A DNA stretch of 63,687 bases, filler included, from Octopus bimaculoides (taxonomy: Eukaryota), in the NCBI RefSeq assembly GCF_001194135.2. It is 5 parts of 4 records of this genome, joined end to end, with 100 filler letters (N's around TTAATTAATTAA, not from the genome) between each part and the next. Parts side by side here need not be neighbours in the genome. Positions count along the whole stretch, not along the records: positions 15,360 to 45,110 come from NC_068992.1; positions 45,211 to 55,293 come from NC_068984.1; 3 more parts are not named here. One strand, 5' to 3'. Position numbers and translations under genes: made by a program. Each line of letters starts with the position of its first letter. Position 1 is the first letter of the stretch. The notes under the pieces are model-generated. The model was not told the origin of the DNA, did not search any database, and worked only from the letters and a program-made list of their open reading frames with translations. Below are positions 37,246 to 51,505 of the stretch, piece by piece.

Positions 37246-38197
37246 ATGTATGTATATAATTCATTCATTTATTCAATAACATGTTGAACAAAAACATCTC
37301 GTAAGACGCGGACGAACCGAATGAGGTGAGATCAAAATGTCATATCAATATTGGGCAAGTATGGGCTAACGTGAGTCGCAGGTGTTATCAATAAGGTAGA
37401 AACATCAATTCTCTTGCTGCATTCCAAGCTGGATTTTTGGGACCACATGCTAGGATAGAATCCTGGTAGCGGTACTGTCTGAAAGGTGGCTTAATATGTA
37501 ACGACTTCAGATCACAGGTGATTTTGTATATGTGTGTATATATACATTTGATATCTAAGTGACCGTATCGGGTACGTGTGATTATGCATCTGCAGCGTGT
37601 GTATGTGTTAGCTGTTGACGTCGGACCGTTATTAAAGCGGTAGTTATTATTTGTGTTCATATGTAGTCTTATCTTGAGGTTTCCTCTATGAGTTTTACAG
37701 CAGTTCCCAGAAGTAGCGGTGGCAGCTATCTGCCAACATCCTATAAAAGCACAGGGGCTTTGTATAAAGAAAGTAACTGATGCTACTTTCGGACCAATAA
37801 TATTACGTGATATGAGATGACCAGTGGATGTCTGCCTTGAATTTATACCTAATCTCTTTTCACTTCAAGAGCTATGGTCGCACTACGCAAATACGAAACT
37901 TTAACTGGTATAGACTCTAGGTCAAACTACTATGCTATAAAACTTATGTAATTCAAACCAGTTGCGCAGAGTGTGACTTTCTTCAATTTACCCAGTTTTT
38001 TTTTTGTTTCTTGTCTTATTAATTTCTTGTCAGTTCATTATGCTGTGTGGTTTGTGCGTGATGATTATGTTTGACATATTTCTCAACATATGAAGCTATT
38101 AGAATCACTTAAAGAGATGTATTGTGTCCTTTAAACAAATATTCATCTGTCACCAGATGGAGTAGTTTTTGTTGAATTTTGTATCATGGAACAGTCC

Positions 38198-38235
<38 letters not shown>

Positions 38236-40080
38236 CACGCATGCTAATATATGACCTACATTGGACTCCTCATTCGCATAATCACCGAACTATGCACAGA
38301 CTATATATATGGACAGATGTAAGTATGTACATATATGTGTGTATACATGTATATATATTCTTTNNNNNNNNNNATATATATATATTTATATATATATATA
38401 TGTGTGTGTGAGAGAGAGAGAGAGAGAAAGATAGAGAGAAAGAGAGAGAGAGAAGAATTGACCACGGTGGTATAAGGCATAAGCATTTTCTACTACTTCA
38501 AGAACATAAAAACTGTATCATCACATATCTAGCATAAATATGTGTCAAATCGTCCCCACTGTACACCTTATCAATTTATTGATTCTCCAGTAACTCAGAA
38601 ACGTACAGTACTTAAGTAAGATACTATAATCCCAAATACGAAAGCAGTGCAAATGTTTATTTCGTCACCATCGACTGTTTGTCTCACTTTTCCTCAGATA
38701 TTACAACAATAGAACTGAAATCACTTCAGTTCTATGTTTGTTCAAACTCTATTACGCACAAAAGGTGGTATAGAATCTCTTCCTGGCCGATTACTTCAGA
38801 TATCTTCGGACAAAAATGAAAAATAGAAACCATTTACGGTTTTTGATTTCATTTTGATATTAGGATACCTTGTATATGCGTGGTAAGTTGTTCCTTATTT
38901 TTACATATTAATGCACCACATTTATTCAACAAAGTTTTCAATGATAGCGTGGGCGGAGGGTAAATTTTGCATCGAGTTGCTCTTTTGGGAACTAATAATT
39001 TTTTTTACTAAAATGTAGTCTGCGCTGTGTGATTTAAAATTTCACAAATTTAGAATGTTGGACGGCAAAATCATTTTGTAATTTTATGTTCAGCACTGTG
39101 AAGTTTATAACCCTCTTGTAAATATTTATGAAGAGGACAGTTATAGTAATAGACAAATTTTAAATATACAATTGTCATTTAAAGTATATTTACATGTATG
39201 TATTATAGCGGATGAAGAGACTTTTAATTTTTATTTTCGTAAAATATTAGGAAACATATTTTATGAGTCTAGGTAAAGTATGGTGTTTTATTTGATAACC
39301 TTTTTCTTTTATTTGATAACCTTTATATTCACTCTCGGTCATGATGTGATTGGCTTATGCATTACGGTTTGTTTATTGTTATTGTGTCATGTGACTATTT
39401 ATTTTATGAGTGTTGTATTATTTTGTCTCCTAAATTATTTTTATATCCATTTTTGTCTAGCAGCATTTTTTTTTACTAAAATAAAAGAACCTAACGCCTA
39501 TAATTATTTTGTGGTTAAGAATCCAAACAATGTTTTGTTCGAATTTAATATATCCGAACAGGTATAATGGTTTATTGGGATTTTCGTCTGTGTTGTCGTA
39601 TGTGCACTATCATAGGTTCTTCAATATAATTTAGAAATGAGCTGTTAGCAACACAGTATCAAGAACTTCATTACCCTTAAATAATTTTCCCTCGATAGTA
39701 TAACACAGGGAACCTCTTGAAATTTCAATGAAGCATAAATGATTAGTGAACTATCCAATACATAAATAACCAATTCATGAGAATGGTTTAATAAGGCATA
39801 ATATTTATATATATATATATNNNNNNNNNNNNNNNNNNNNNNNNNNNNNNNNNNNNNNNNNNNNNNNNNNNNNNNNNNNNNNNNNNNNNNNNNNNNNNNN
39901 NNNNNNNNNNNNNNNNNNNNNNNNNNNNNNNNNNNNNNNNNNNNNNNNNNNNNNNNNNNNNNNNNNNNNNNNNNNNNNNNNNNNNNNNNNNNNNNNNNNN
40001 NNNNNNNNNNNNNNNNNNNNNNNNNNNNNNTTAAATAAAGACACGATACATGGAATAGTAATCATCTGTATTTTTTTAAA

Positions 40081-40215
40081 GGCGGCAATCTAGCAAAATC
40101 CGTAGCACACTGAGCGAAATGCTCAGCGATAGTCTTTACGTTCTGAGTTCAAATTCTGCCGAGGTCGACTTTGCCTTTCATACTTTCGTCGTTGATAAAA
40201 TAAGTACCAGTGGAG
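40081..40215 (+). mobile_element. tRNA-derived SINE family B, 5' part
   Basis: ggcggcaatctagc..gttctgagttcaaattctgccgaggtcgactttgcctttcat..gataaaataagtaccag. Confidence 0.8.
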
Positions 40216-41200
40216 CTCTTAGGTAGATGGAGAGAATTTTAGTGGATGATGAAATGATTCATAAAACAATATTAGATGAATCATAATCTCTACCTTATTT
40301 ACAAAATCTATGGGCACAAATAACAGGATTGTATTCTCTGTTCTAAATATACTTTCATGGAAGAACAGCAAAGGAAGGAGAAAACTAGCAATATCTTATA
40401 ACAATGTTTTGACATTTGGAGTGAATTGCCATGGGTTATATCGGGAAAATGAATAGCTATTTCTAAAAATTTCAGTATTTGTACTAGTGTTTAACACCTT
40501 TAATCAGAAACGAAACATTCATGACAAGCATGAGTGTATACGTATTTTGTGAAAATGAAAATCATGGATTTATGGTATAGAAATTTTATTCATATTACAA
40601 GATTATATTGGGGAGGTTGTACCATGACCTTCGCATATGACGTAACACACACTAAGAACGTATCGGGAACAACTATCACCAATCGAAGTTCAGTAAGGTT
40701 ATCATCAATTGAAGCAATCTTGAATATCCTTTCAATCAATCATCATATATAATACTCGTCGCTTGAAAGCGTGAAATTCAAAACACCAAAGGCCTAAAGG
40801 TTCGCCACTTCAGTCATTCAATCATTTTCAGTCATATCAGTTCTGTATGATCGGGGAAAAAAGCACGAGTAAGTGTTGTTGTTGTTTTTTATTTTACCTT
40901 CAAAGGAGAAACAATAAAATGCAGGGAGAAGAAATTTGTGAAAACTGGAATACATATGCAGAGTGAAGATGTATTATTATGCGTTTTGAGCAAATGCTTT
41001 CGTCATCGACTTCTGCAGAGAAGTAAATTGTTTTCTGTATCAAAGCATTTTATTTACGATTCAGTTTAAAATATTTAACATCTCTCTCCCCATGATGAAT
41101 TTTTCCCTTATGAGGTTTTTTTCAAGCTAGCTACTTGATAAATTCTTGTAAAAGAATTCGTCCTATTATTGAATTTATATATATATATATATGTGTGTGT

Positions 41201-41277
<77 letters not shown>

Positions 41278-41279
<2 letters not shown>

Positions 41280-41492
41280 CAAGGGAGGCTGTAAGTTCTT
41301 GTCATTGGGTAAATAAAATAAAGGAGGATCTGTTATGATTTTATTCAACATATTCCCATCTCAGATTTGCGCAGTTATTGCAGAGGCCCTTCGGTTTTTG
41401 TAAAATCTGGAAAACAACTCCGAAAGTTGGCCTACAATCAGGCCTTTCATGATACCTTTAAAGCCAGAAACTTTTCAGCCCCTCCCCTCGTA
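41278..41492 (+). mobile_element. ~215-bp Tc1/mariner-type MITE
   Basis: Imperfect TIRs tacaagggaggctgtaagtt / aacttttcagcccctcccctcgta with TA at both ends. Confidence 0.8.
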
Positions 41493-41935
41493 TTGGTTGG
41501 TTTTTATTCCTCTACAAATACAACAGCATACGAGTCTATTTTCTGTGAAAAGACAGCACATTCTTTGATAATATTTTTTATAAAAATGTTAGGCATAAAA
41601 TTACGTCAGTAAAGAGAAACTTTTCAAACGCTCACGTTTTCAATAGTGTCTGTGTTTCAGAACACACTGGCATCATGAGTATAGTCAGTGTAACATGAAC
41701 ATATTCACCTCTACTATATGTGTTATGTACGCACTCAATAATATTTAGTTATGGCATTTTGGACTTTTCTACTTTGCGAAATATAAACGCCAAACTCAAT
41801 AGATAAGAAAATGAAATGGATTTTTCCCACACAAAACTGACAATCTTTCGTTGAGCGGCACAACATACACTCAATATAAGATCATATATTCAAAATTCAT
41901 ATCATAGTTTGAAGTCAAACATATCAGTAAATTCT

Positions 41936-42000
<65 letters not shown>

Positions 42001-42427
42001 ACTGTTAGTCACGCGCACAAAATAAATCATTCGTCGACACTTGCACATACACAGGCAAAATAATGGAAATAAAATTCAAAAGAAATATGTTCTAATGCAC
42101 TCGTACATATTTAATCGTGCGATATTGTACATATTATAGAATATTGATCTTGCAAAGTTTAACTCGATGAAACTATATTTAAATCTATATATTTATAATT
42201 TTGCATGCTTAATACGCAGTGACGAATTCCTTGCGTTATTCATTACGGCTTCTGTGTCTGCGTTCAAAACCTGTTGAGGTTAACCTGTGCTTTCATTCTT
42301 CCGATTTCGACCGAAACTCTATAGCTTTTGCCGTAATACAGTTAAGAATCCGAAGAGTGTAACCACTGTGTAGTTTTTGTTTGATAAATCTAAATTTTCA
42401 TATTAAATATCGCCATGTGCTCCTTAC

Positions 42428-42576
42428 TTGGTAGATTGGATTTGTTTCCCGTTTAACACTACTGACTCGTCCTGGGGTACATCCCACTGAATCGATTCTG
42501 TTGTAAGCATTCACGCCAGGATTCCGGTTTAAGAATATCCTCTCCCACTTAAAGGCTATAGGTGCTGTTCCACCTC
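42428..42576 (-). other. Candidate internal coding exon (149 nt, phase 1 to 0) of an unidentified gene
   Basis: Acceptor ttcttgctttgccag, donor caa/gtaagg, and only one open frame: GGTAPIAFKWERIFLNRNPGVNAYNRIDSVGCTPGRVSSVKRETNPIYQ. No family recognised. Confidence 0.35.
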
Positions 42577-43540
42577 CTGGCAAAGCAAGAATGATATTTT
42601 AATATAAAGATATATAAACATTCGCGCGCATGCTCACACAAATACTTGTACACGCTCAACCATTTCCTAAGCCTGACGTTCAACGTGACACATACAGAAA
42701 AAATATACACATTCAAAAATTAAAATATCAAAAATAAATAACCTTTACATCAGTTCGCATATAAGTATGGGACAAATTCGACCTGTAAAGCGGCATTTTC
42801 GCCGCAGTTTGCCAAGGAGAAGCATTATCGCTTCAGGTAAAATGTGTTAAAAGCACCAAAATCTCTTCAGATCACCCTCATCTAAATTTGACTTATTTTA
42901 CACCACTACCTCACGTACCATCCATATTTTTGTACTGGTTTGACGGCTGCTGCTGACGGATCATATTTCCTTATGTAATTATTGATAAAATAATATAAGT
43001 AATTGTAGGATAGGAAAACTCAGCAACTAGCAGCTGTTACAATTGCACAGAAACAATCAGCATGATTCGTAACGAAAGCCTGTTCATTCCATCTTCTTAG
43101 GTTATGAATTTTCATCTATCTATCAATAAACTCCCACCCCCACCCCCACACACACACGAAATGTGAAGTTATTTTAAAACATATCTGTATCATGTCAAAG
43201 TTCAAAGAAATATGTATGAGAAGCATCCGCTTCAGTAAAGCGATAATCACAAACATTCTTACAAGAATATAATACACAAAAATTTTATATTGATGCAAAA
43301 AAGTGAATAGATAAGTAAAAGTTAGTTGGAAGAGTTTCAAAGGAATCTAAAATCTAGAAGAAAAATTCGGACGTGAATCCAGGACAAAAACTAAAATATT
43401 CGTCGGAAGATTTGAGTAAATCTGAAGAACGCTTAAAAATTGAAATGGTTCAAAGTGCAGCATCTCTCTCGCTCTCTCTGTTTTACTCTCTTTCTCTCTC
43501 TCACACACATATACTCTATCTCACGCTACATATATGCACA

Positions 43541-43584
<44 letters not shown>

Positions 43585-43984
43585 CACAAATTAATATATG
43601 TGCATGATGACGATTATGATGATGATGATAATGTATAATATATGTGTGTGTGTATATATGAATATACATGTAGGTATGTATGCACACACACGTGCGCGCG
43701 CATATATATATATATATATATATACATGAATATAAAATCCGACGTTCGAGGTGTAGGAAGGAATCCGCAGTAAATATAAAAATAACTTTCACTGACAATA
43801 GTGTTATTTTGTGAGAGAGAAGATGGGGTCTTTATTCGTATCGAAGTACGATAAATTGAAAGCTCTTTATATTTCACGGCAGGCAACCAGTCTTAGTAAG
43901 TTAAAGAAAGTTAAAGTTAGATAATAATATAGCCTGAAGCGGATAAGCTACCTCTATTTTGCATGAAAAAGTGTTGGCGGCCGG

Positions 43985-44045
<61 letters not shown>

Positions 44046-44226
44046 TATATATATACATACCACCTGCATATTGTGATGTACTGCACCAACCAACATTAAA
44101 ACGGATCTCCGTGTCCCCAGAAACAGCCGTTGGAACTATTGCACCTTTCTAAGAACCTTAAATGAACGCTTCGCAAACTCATACTCCACAGCCCAATGCA
44201 AAATAGAGAACAGAACAGAAATAAGG

Positions 44227-44352
44227 AATATACCCACGCTCACGGGTACGGATATACCCACGCTCACGGGTACGAATATACCCACGCTCACGGGTACGAA
44301 TATACCCACGCTAACGGGTACGAATATACCCACGCTCACGGGTACGAATATA
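44227..44352. repeat. 24-bp minisatellite, 5 copies (aatatacccacgctcacgggtacg)
   Basis: Five near-identical units with two single-base variants and no spacers. Confidence 0.95.
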
Positions 44353-44394
44353 TACTTCTTAAATGTTGTTTGTAGTAATATAAATGATTCTTCT

Positions 44395-44554
44395 TGTCTA
44401 CTCTAGGCACAAGACACGAAAATTTGGGTAGGAAGCCAGTCGATTGGATCGGTTCCAGTGCATAACTGGTACTTAATTTATCGACACCGAAGGATGAAAG
44501 GCAAAGTCGACCTCGGCGAAATTTGAACTCACGACGTAAGGACAATCGAAATAC
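44395..44554 (-). mobile_element. SINE family B copy lacking its head
   Basis: actggtacttaatttatcgac..ggatgaaaggcaaagtcgacctcggc..aatttgaactc, stopping at gaaatac. Confidence 0.8.
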
Positions 44555-44555
44555 G

Positions 44556-44786
44556 TATTTCGTTATTGCCCACAAGGGGCTAAACATAGAGGGAACAAAC
44601 AAGAACAGGCGAACGGATTAAGTCGATTACATCGACCCCAATGCGTAACTGGTACTTAATTTATCGACCCCGAAAGGATGAAAGGCAAAGTCGACCTCGG
44701 CGGAATTTGAACTCAGAACGTAACGGCAGACGAAATACCGCTAAGCATTTCGCCCGGCGTGCTAACGATTCTGCCAGCTCGCCGCC
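44556..44786 (-). mobile_element. Young, apparently full-length SINE family B
   Basis: The reverse complement starts ggcggcgagctggcagaatcgttagc, has a B-box-like gagttcaaattcc and a clean central core. Confidence 0.9.
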
Positions 44787-47700
44787 TTAAGATAAATGAT
44801 TATCAACATCTAGCACGTCATATAGTGTAGTAGGAATATACAAGGTTAATTTGCCCGGTAATTATGGCTATTAAATACATGTTCCAGGCCTGAATGAATG
44901 TGAATAGTAACATTTAGAGTAAAAATAATAATGATGATAATTAATAAAATGGATATTATATATAATATGAATAAAAAGAAAACTTTATTATTGTATATAC
45001 GTATGTGTGTGTACGTATGCATGCATATATATGTGTATGTGTATGCATATATGTATGCATATGTATATATATATATATATGTATATATATATTTATATAT
45101 ATATATAAGTNNNNNNNNNNNNNNNNNNNNNNNNNNNNNNNNNNNNNNNNNNNNTTAATTAATTAANNNNNNNNNNNNNNNNNNNNNNNNNNNNNNNNNN
45201 NNNNNNNNNNTATATATATATATATATATATATCTACACACACATATATATATACAAACATATATACATATATAAATATACAATTTAGAGAAAAAACACT
45301 CCTAAATAATTCAATAATGAAGAATGTAATTCATACACTCTAGAAAATAGATATATCCTAAAAACCTTATTCTAAAAATCAATAAAAGGATAACTAGTAA
45401 ATGTTATAAAAATGACTACATGTATGTATGTATGTATGTATGTATGTATATATACATATATAAAGCAAAGAAGAAAATGCAGAAGATAATTAACTGAAAA
45501 ACATTAATTTGAAATGTGATCTTACAACCTCTGGATATTATCTTGGAATTTACTTTTTGCTATTCTTTAATATTTTTATTATTTTATGTTACTGTTTTTT
45601 TACGTGTTTAATTTCTTTTAGTTGGTTAATTCTTGTCATTATGGACTCTCTGATGAAGTTTTGGGGTTCAATTTTTGTCGAATTTCAGTCCAAATTTTGT
45701 TCAATTTTTGTACAATCTTTCTATAATCTTTCTATGATGTGGCAACTTTGGTATGCTGGACCTCACCCCCAAAGTAGAAACGGTCGTGAGAGTTGAGTTA
45801 TATTCACTCATTCTTATTTATTTATTTATTCATATGATTGTAATTGATTAATAAATTGATCTAGCTGATGTTTGTAAGCTGTGTCAGTTAATTGTCTTCT
45901 CCATTATCTTCTTTGCCTTACAAATTCTGGTTAAACTTTAGTTTACCTCCATACATGCCTATTATTTAATTGCACTATTTCCTCCCAACAGGAAGGATAT
46001 ATATAGGTATACATTCAGTAGTATATTATATATTTATTATCCCTTAGATGGTTTTCTAGCCTCTAACTCATATATACGTACATCTACATATATACATCTA
46101 TACATACACATCTANNNNNNNNNNNNNNNNNNNNNNNNNNNNNNNNNNNNNNNNNNNNNNNNNNNNNNNNNNNNNNNNNNNNNNNNNNNNNNNNNNNNNN
46201 NNNNNNNNNNNNNNNNNNNNNNNNNNNNNNNNNNNNNNNNNNNNNNNNNNNNNNNNNNNNNNNNNNNNNNNNNNNNNNNNNNNNNNNNNNNNNNNNNNNN
46301 NNNNNNNNNNNNNNNNNNNNNNNNNNNNNNNNNNNNNNNNNNNNNNNNNNNNNNNNNNNNNNNNNNNNNNNNNNNNNNNNNNNNNNNNNNNNNNNNNNNN
46401 NNNNNNNNNNNNNNNNNNNNNNNNNNNNNNNNNNNNNNNNNNNNNNNNNNNNNNNNNNNNNNNNNNNNNNNNNNNNNATATATATATACATGTATATATG
46501 TACATATATCCATATACATCTATACATATACATCTATATATATGCATGTATGTATATACATCTATGCATATACATCTATACGTATATATGCATATATATG
46601 TGAGCAGATGTATATACACATATATACATGCGCATATAAGTATATATATCTAAGTATATGCATTTTATATATATGTATGTATTTATGCATGCATATATGT
46701 ATGTGAGATGATAGTGTCACTTTCAATGTTCCAGTATCTCACATTACAATAGAGATGTCATTGTTTCACTTTTGATACGTAATACTGAAATAGTGTGAGA
46801 GATAAGAGTTTGCTCCGGGCTCGCATTAGGTAAAAAGTTATAAATTTGGTGGGTGGGGGTCTATAACACTGCATGTTACCTAAGTAAGGCATGTGTAAAA
46901 TTTAAATAAAATTACGTCACTTTCTGCAAAAAATGGAAGAAATAAGATGAATCTTAGATTCGATATTAAAACTCAACTCATTTTCAAGGGGATTCCATAC
47001 ATAGCCTTTCTGTCCCTATGTTTGAAGCAACCAGAAAACTGGATAAATATGAAGCATAAAAGCTTCTCTGTAATGTTCGTGCAACACTGATGACCCTATA
47101 AAACGCGTTTCCAAGAATAGGAACATCTTCGTGGTTCTTCGTGGTTCTTCGAGGTTTTAGAACTCTTTTACTCTTAAAGAACGATGCTGGTAATATCTTC
47201 AAGGGCCTATTGTAGATTACAAGAAACATTACATTAACGAAGGAAACCAGCAGGTTAAGAGAAGGGAGATAAAATTGATTTTTAAAATATTTTACTTTAA
47301 TGACAAATCACTAGTTGTCAGGCTTTATCTGAAAGTATCAAGAAACATACTTTAGGTAAGGATCACAAATAGCTTGTGAACCCTAATAGCATATACTAAG
47401 CAGCAAAAGCCCGTACAAATCTCACAAAGAGAATCACCAAGGTCAATTGTTAGTTGTAGCACCTTAATATTCAATTTTTGTTTTTTTTGTGCCTTAATTT
47501 TCTCTGTGTTTCATTTTCTACGTGCTAAAAACCTTCTAAGTGCTTCAGAACATGTGTATTATGTCAAATCAAGTCGGATGTCAGCAATCTTTTTATAATG
47601 TTTGCAACTTAACGGCGTTTCATCAGTTGCCAAAACCATAATGGAAGCGAACAAGCGAACAAGTGTCTTTAAAAACAGAAAGAAGATATTTATCGGAAAT

Positions 47701-48214
47701 ACATGAAATATATTGATACAATACAATAATATGAATGGCTTCCATTCAAATATAAGATGACATGTACCAAAAGAGTTTAAAGCTATTACTAAGGCTTCTC
47801 TGGTATCGTTAATATGGATAACATCTTTACAAAACACTTTGCTGACACAGTTTTCAAAAATAGAAGATTAAAATCCATAGGTTTCTTTAGATGCACAGAT
47901 GAGACACTTGGATCAAAGAACAAGGATAAAGTTTGCCAAGTGAAAATGCATCATTTTATGTGACAATCAATAGAGTTATTATTTTTTTTTCAGAAGGAAA
48001 AGAAATAATAATCAACTGCTGTTTATAGATGTAATGCTGCAACATAGAAAAATAAGTGTCAGACATCTTTGATGACGGCGCTGAGATGCCATTTCTCAGG
48101 TTTAAACAAAATTATCAACCTATACTTACAACTGCTTCAACTGTATAACAAAATTTGATTACGAAAATATAAATATAAACTTTAAAATATATTCAATAAA
48201 GTGCATAATCTTTA

Positions 48215-48856
48215 TGAAGCAACCATGTGGTTACGGATTTCAATCCCACTAGATGGCACCTTAGCAAATATTCTCTATTGTGAATGAATTTGGATGACAG
48301 AAACTGTATGAAAGCGTGCGGTTTAAATATATATATATATATANNNNNNNNNNTATCAGGCACGTGCCGTCAGTAATTACTCAGGGTAGGCATTTAGTGA
48401 CATTTATGTGGTAAAACACACGAGAAATAAGCGAAACAGAGCTGCATGGCTGAGTTGAAGGCAGATTTACTTCTACCTTTATAGCACGTAAAGAAAACGC
48501 TGTTGTAGGAATGAACGCAGCTCATGTACTACAGTAATAGCATGCGTAGCTTAAATACTGAAATTGAAAGACAGGGTGAATTATGCCTACCTAATCTACA
48601 AAAAATAGATAATATTTTACGTTTTACGCATAGTAATCTGAGTAAGCTTCATCATTTTATTGAATTAGGTGCATATTTTGCCATAAAAGGAAAATTTTGC
48701 TATCTAGGTAGCCACTGCCTACCTTGCCTAACTAGGCGGCAGGTCTCTGATATATATATAAGCATATACTTAGTAGTTGTCAAGCAGTGCGGTGACAGAC
48801 ATAAACACAATGACAAACATATTTGTGTGGGTGCGTATATATATATATATATATAT

Positions 48857-48908
<52 letters not shown>

Positions 48909-49140
48909 CTTTGTACTTTTGAATGTCATCTCACCGCTTGACAACCAGTGTGGTTTGCTTACTCTTTCCCTGTACCTTAGTGGTTCAGCAAAAGATACTG
49001 ATAAAATAACTACCAAGTATATATAAATATAAACATATAAGTATAAATATAAACATTGGCGTCAGTGTATTTTGCAAACCATGCAAATCAGTGCTCTAGC
49101 ATGACCACAGTTCAGTGACTGAAACGAGTTAAAAAGCAAG
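48215..49140 (+). mobile_element. CORE-type SINE split by microsatellite and MITE insertion (head ~48215-48330, tail ~48910-49140)
   Basis: Head caatcccactagatggcaccttagcaaat..acagaaactg; tail ttagtggttcagcaaaagatactgataaaataactacc..cagtgactgaaacgagt, matching 62830-63000. Confidence 0.6.
48357..48749. mobile_element. MITE with imperfect ~35-bp TIRs (possibly hAT-like)
   Basis: Left caggcacgtgccg..cagggtaggca; right reverse complement cagagacctgccg..caaggtaggca. Confidence 0.5.
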
Positions 49141-49724
49141 AGAGTAATACATGGAGAGCGTATGGAAGTTTAATTGAGTGTTTTAGCAATATATGAAATA
49201 TTATATAAATCATTAACTGATATATTCGGTCATAGATAGATTAAGCCGGCGCTGAAGAATAAAATAATGGAAATGAAAATAAACTTATGCAGCGTGGAAA
49301 ATCGTAATTTCTAGACATCTTAGTGGATACATGAGAATCTGTTTATATAAATGAACAAGCAGATATTCTAGGTAATCTGTCGTAACTCTGACAGTAACAA
49401 TAACAACAGTGACTACGATATCTGATACTATCTAATGAGTAATAGCTACAACTGCGTTAGGAAAAGTATAATATTGGGTGAAAATATATATATATTATAT
49501 TCGACCGTCGGAGTGACGAGGACTACTTAGTCATCTTTAAGGATGATTGAAGACTTGTACTGTGACTTTGACTGAAGTGAAGAAGAGCTGCTCACTGTCA
49601 GCTTCACTCTCTAGTGTGTGACTATCTTCAGTTCAGTTGCAACACCAGATCAAGACAACGTGAGATAGAGACGGAAGAGGTTGATGAGCAAAATGGCTTG
49701 TTTCTTCTTGTCTATTCTCTACAA

Positions 49725-50113
49725 AAGTGGAGGCGCAATGGCCCAGTGGTTAGGGCAGCGGACTCGCGGTCATAGGATCGCGCTTTCGATTCCTACACCG
49801 GGCGTTGTAAGTGTTTATTGAACGAAAACACCTGAAGCTCCACGAGGCTCCGACAGGGTATGGTGACGAACCCTACTGTACTCTTCCACCACAACTTTCT
49901 CTCACTCTTACTTCCTGTTGCTGTTGTGCCTGTAATTCAAAGGGTCAGCCTTGTCACACTGTGTCACGCTGAATATCCCCGAGAACTACGTTAAGGGTAC
50001 ACGTGTCTGTGGAGTGCTCAGCCACTTGCACGTTAATTTCACGAGCAGGCTGTTCCGTTGATCGGATCAACTGGAACCCTCGACGTCGTAAGCGACGGAA
50101 CGCCAACAACAAC
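49725..50113 (+). mobile_element. Full-length tRNA-derived SINE with 11-bp target-site duplication
   Basis: A box tggcccagtgg, B box ttcgattcc and (AAC)n tail. attctctacaa at 49714-49724 and 50116-50126. Confidence 0.92.
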
Positions 50114-50397
50114 GAATTCTCTACAATGCGTTGCTGCAGCCGCCGCCCCATTTGTTGAACCATGAAGGTTTCTACCGGATCTAGTTTTGACATGCATAAG
50201 AAGGCAGGCCTTAATATACTGATTAATCCAATACTGGGATCCTAGAATATGCTATTAGTCCGGATGAGAGGAAGCCTGGGAAAAATAATGGCTAAGAGGT
50301 GGTTCCAGACCTATCAAAAGCCCTGACACTCTCGAAACAATTCTATTACTGAATGCAATTTAAAGTCCCAGGTCTTGTATTCACATGTGTGTGGGGG

Positions 50398-50499
<102 letters not shown>

Positions 50500-50724
50500 T
50501 GATGAGGGAAATGGAAAATGCGACAATCGTTTCTACCCACTCTGCGGCTGTCAATTAGGGGTATAATGTTGTGCATCTAGTTATGTAGCATCAATCAGTG
50601 CAGTCTGTGCACCTCGGATGCTTGGTACTTAGGCTCATTAATACGAACTACTGGTAGTTTTCAGCACCCCTCGTGGATGTGTATATTTATATATACGTGT
50701 GTGTGTGTGTGTGTGTTTATATAT

Positions 50725-51505
50725 GCGCTGTAGATGCGGAGCTTCGTCTTCCAGGAGATAGAGCAGTGACGTCAGAGGGGATTCCATTGGGAGTGCATGA
50801 CTCCAGCAGCCCAAACGCATCTGCGGTTGATCTCCAGGATCAGGTTTCCATTCTTGGTAACTGTGGAATCCAGGTACATGAAAGAATTGATATACTCCAC
50901 GACGTCGGTGCCAATATAGAAAAGAGGGAAGTTCGGGCCATCTCCGACATGCATCATGTTCGTCTTCGGCCGACTCACCCGCAGTCTAAGTTTTGTGCTT
51001 TGCAGATTCTTTTCAGTAAATGGTCAGTGCTTCCCTGAGGTGGTCGATCTAGCTGCTGAGTAGGGTCGTATCGTCCGCATACTCCAGGTCGGTAATGTGG
51101 TAGATCCCGAAGGTAGTGCCAGATATTCGCTCACAGACCTTGGTCATCAGATAATCGATGACATAGTCGAAGAGGTCGGTAACGGCCACGCAGCCCTGTC
51201 TAACTCTGCTATTGAAGGGGAACCTGTTAGAATCCTTCCCATTCACTTGCACGCAGCTCCCGACGCTGTTATAGTGCCGTTCTAACAGGACGGAGATTTT
51301 GGGAGGTGCACCTACAAGCTTGAGAATGATCCAGAGGGAGGCGCGGTTGACTGTATCAAGAGCTGTTTTGAGGTCGACAAAGACCGTGAGGAGGTGGTGA
51401 TCTTTTCGGAGATCTTTCAATGATGAGACGAAGAAAAAGATATGGTCGGCGGTAGATCGATTTGGCATGAAACAGGGTTGTTGAGGGCGGCCTCTGCTTC
51501 TAATA
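50725..51505 (-). mobile_element. RTE-like LINE RT core, inverted segment
   Basis: FMPNRSTADHI..VFVDLKTALDTVNR..VRQGCV..LEYADDT..KTNMM..FMYLDS..WKTKLRIYS, with frameshifts. Confidence 0.92.

Noticed and set aside
49729-49800. tRNA-like sequence with A and B boxes
   Set aside because: It is the head of a ~390-bp SINE with a simple-repeat tail and a TSD, not a tRNA gene.
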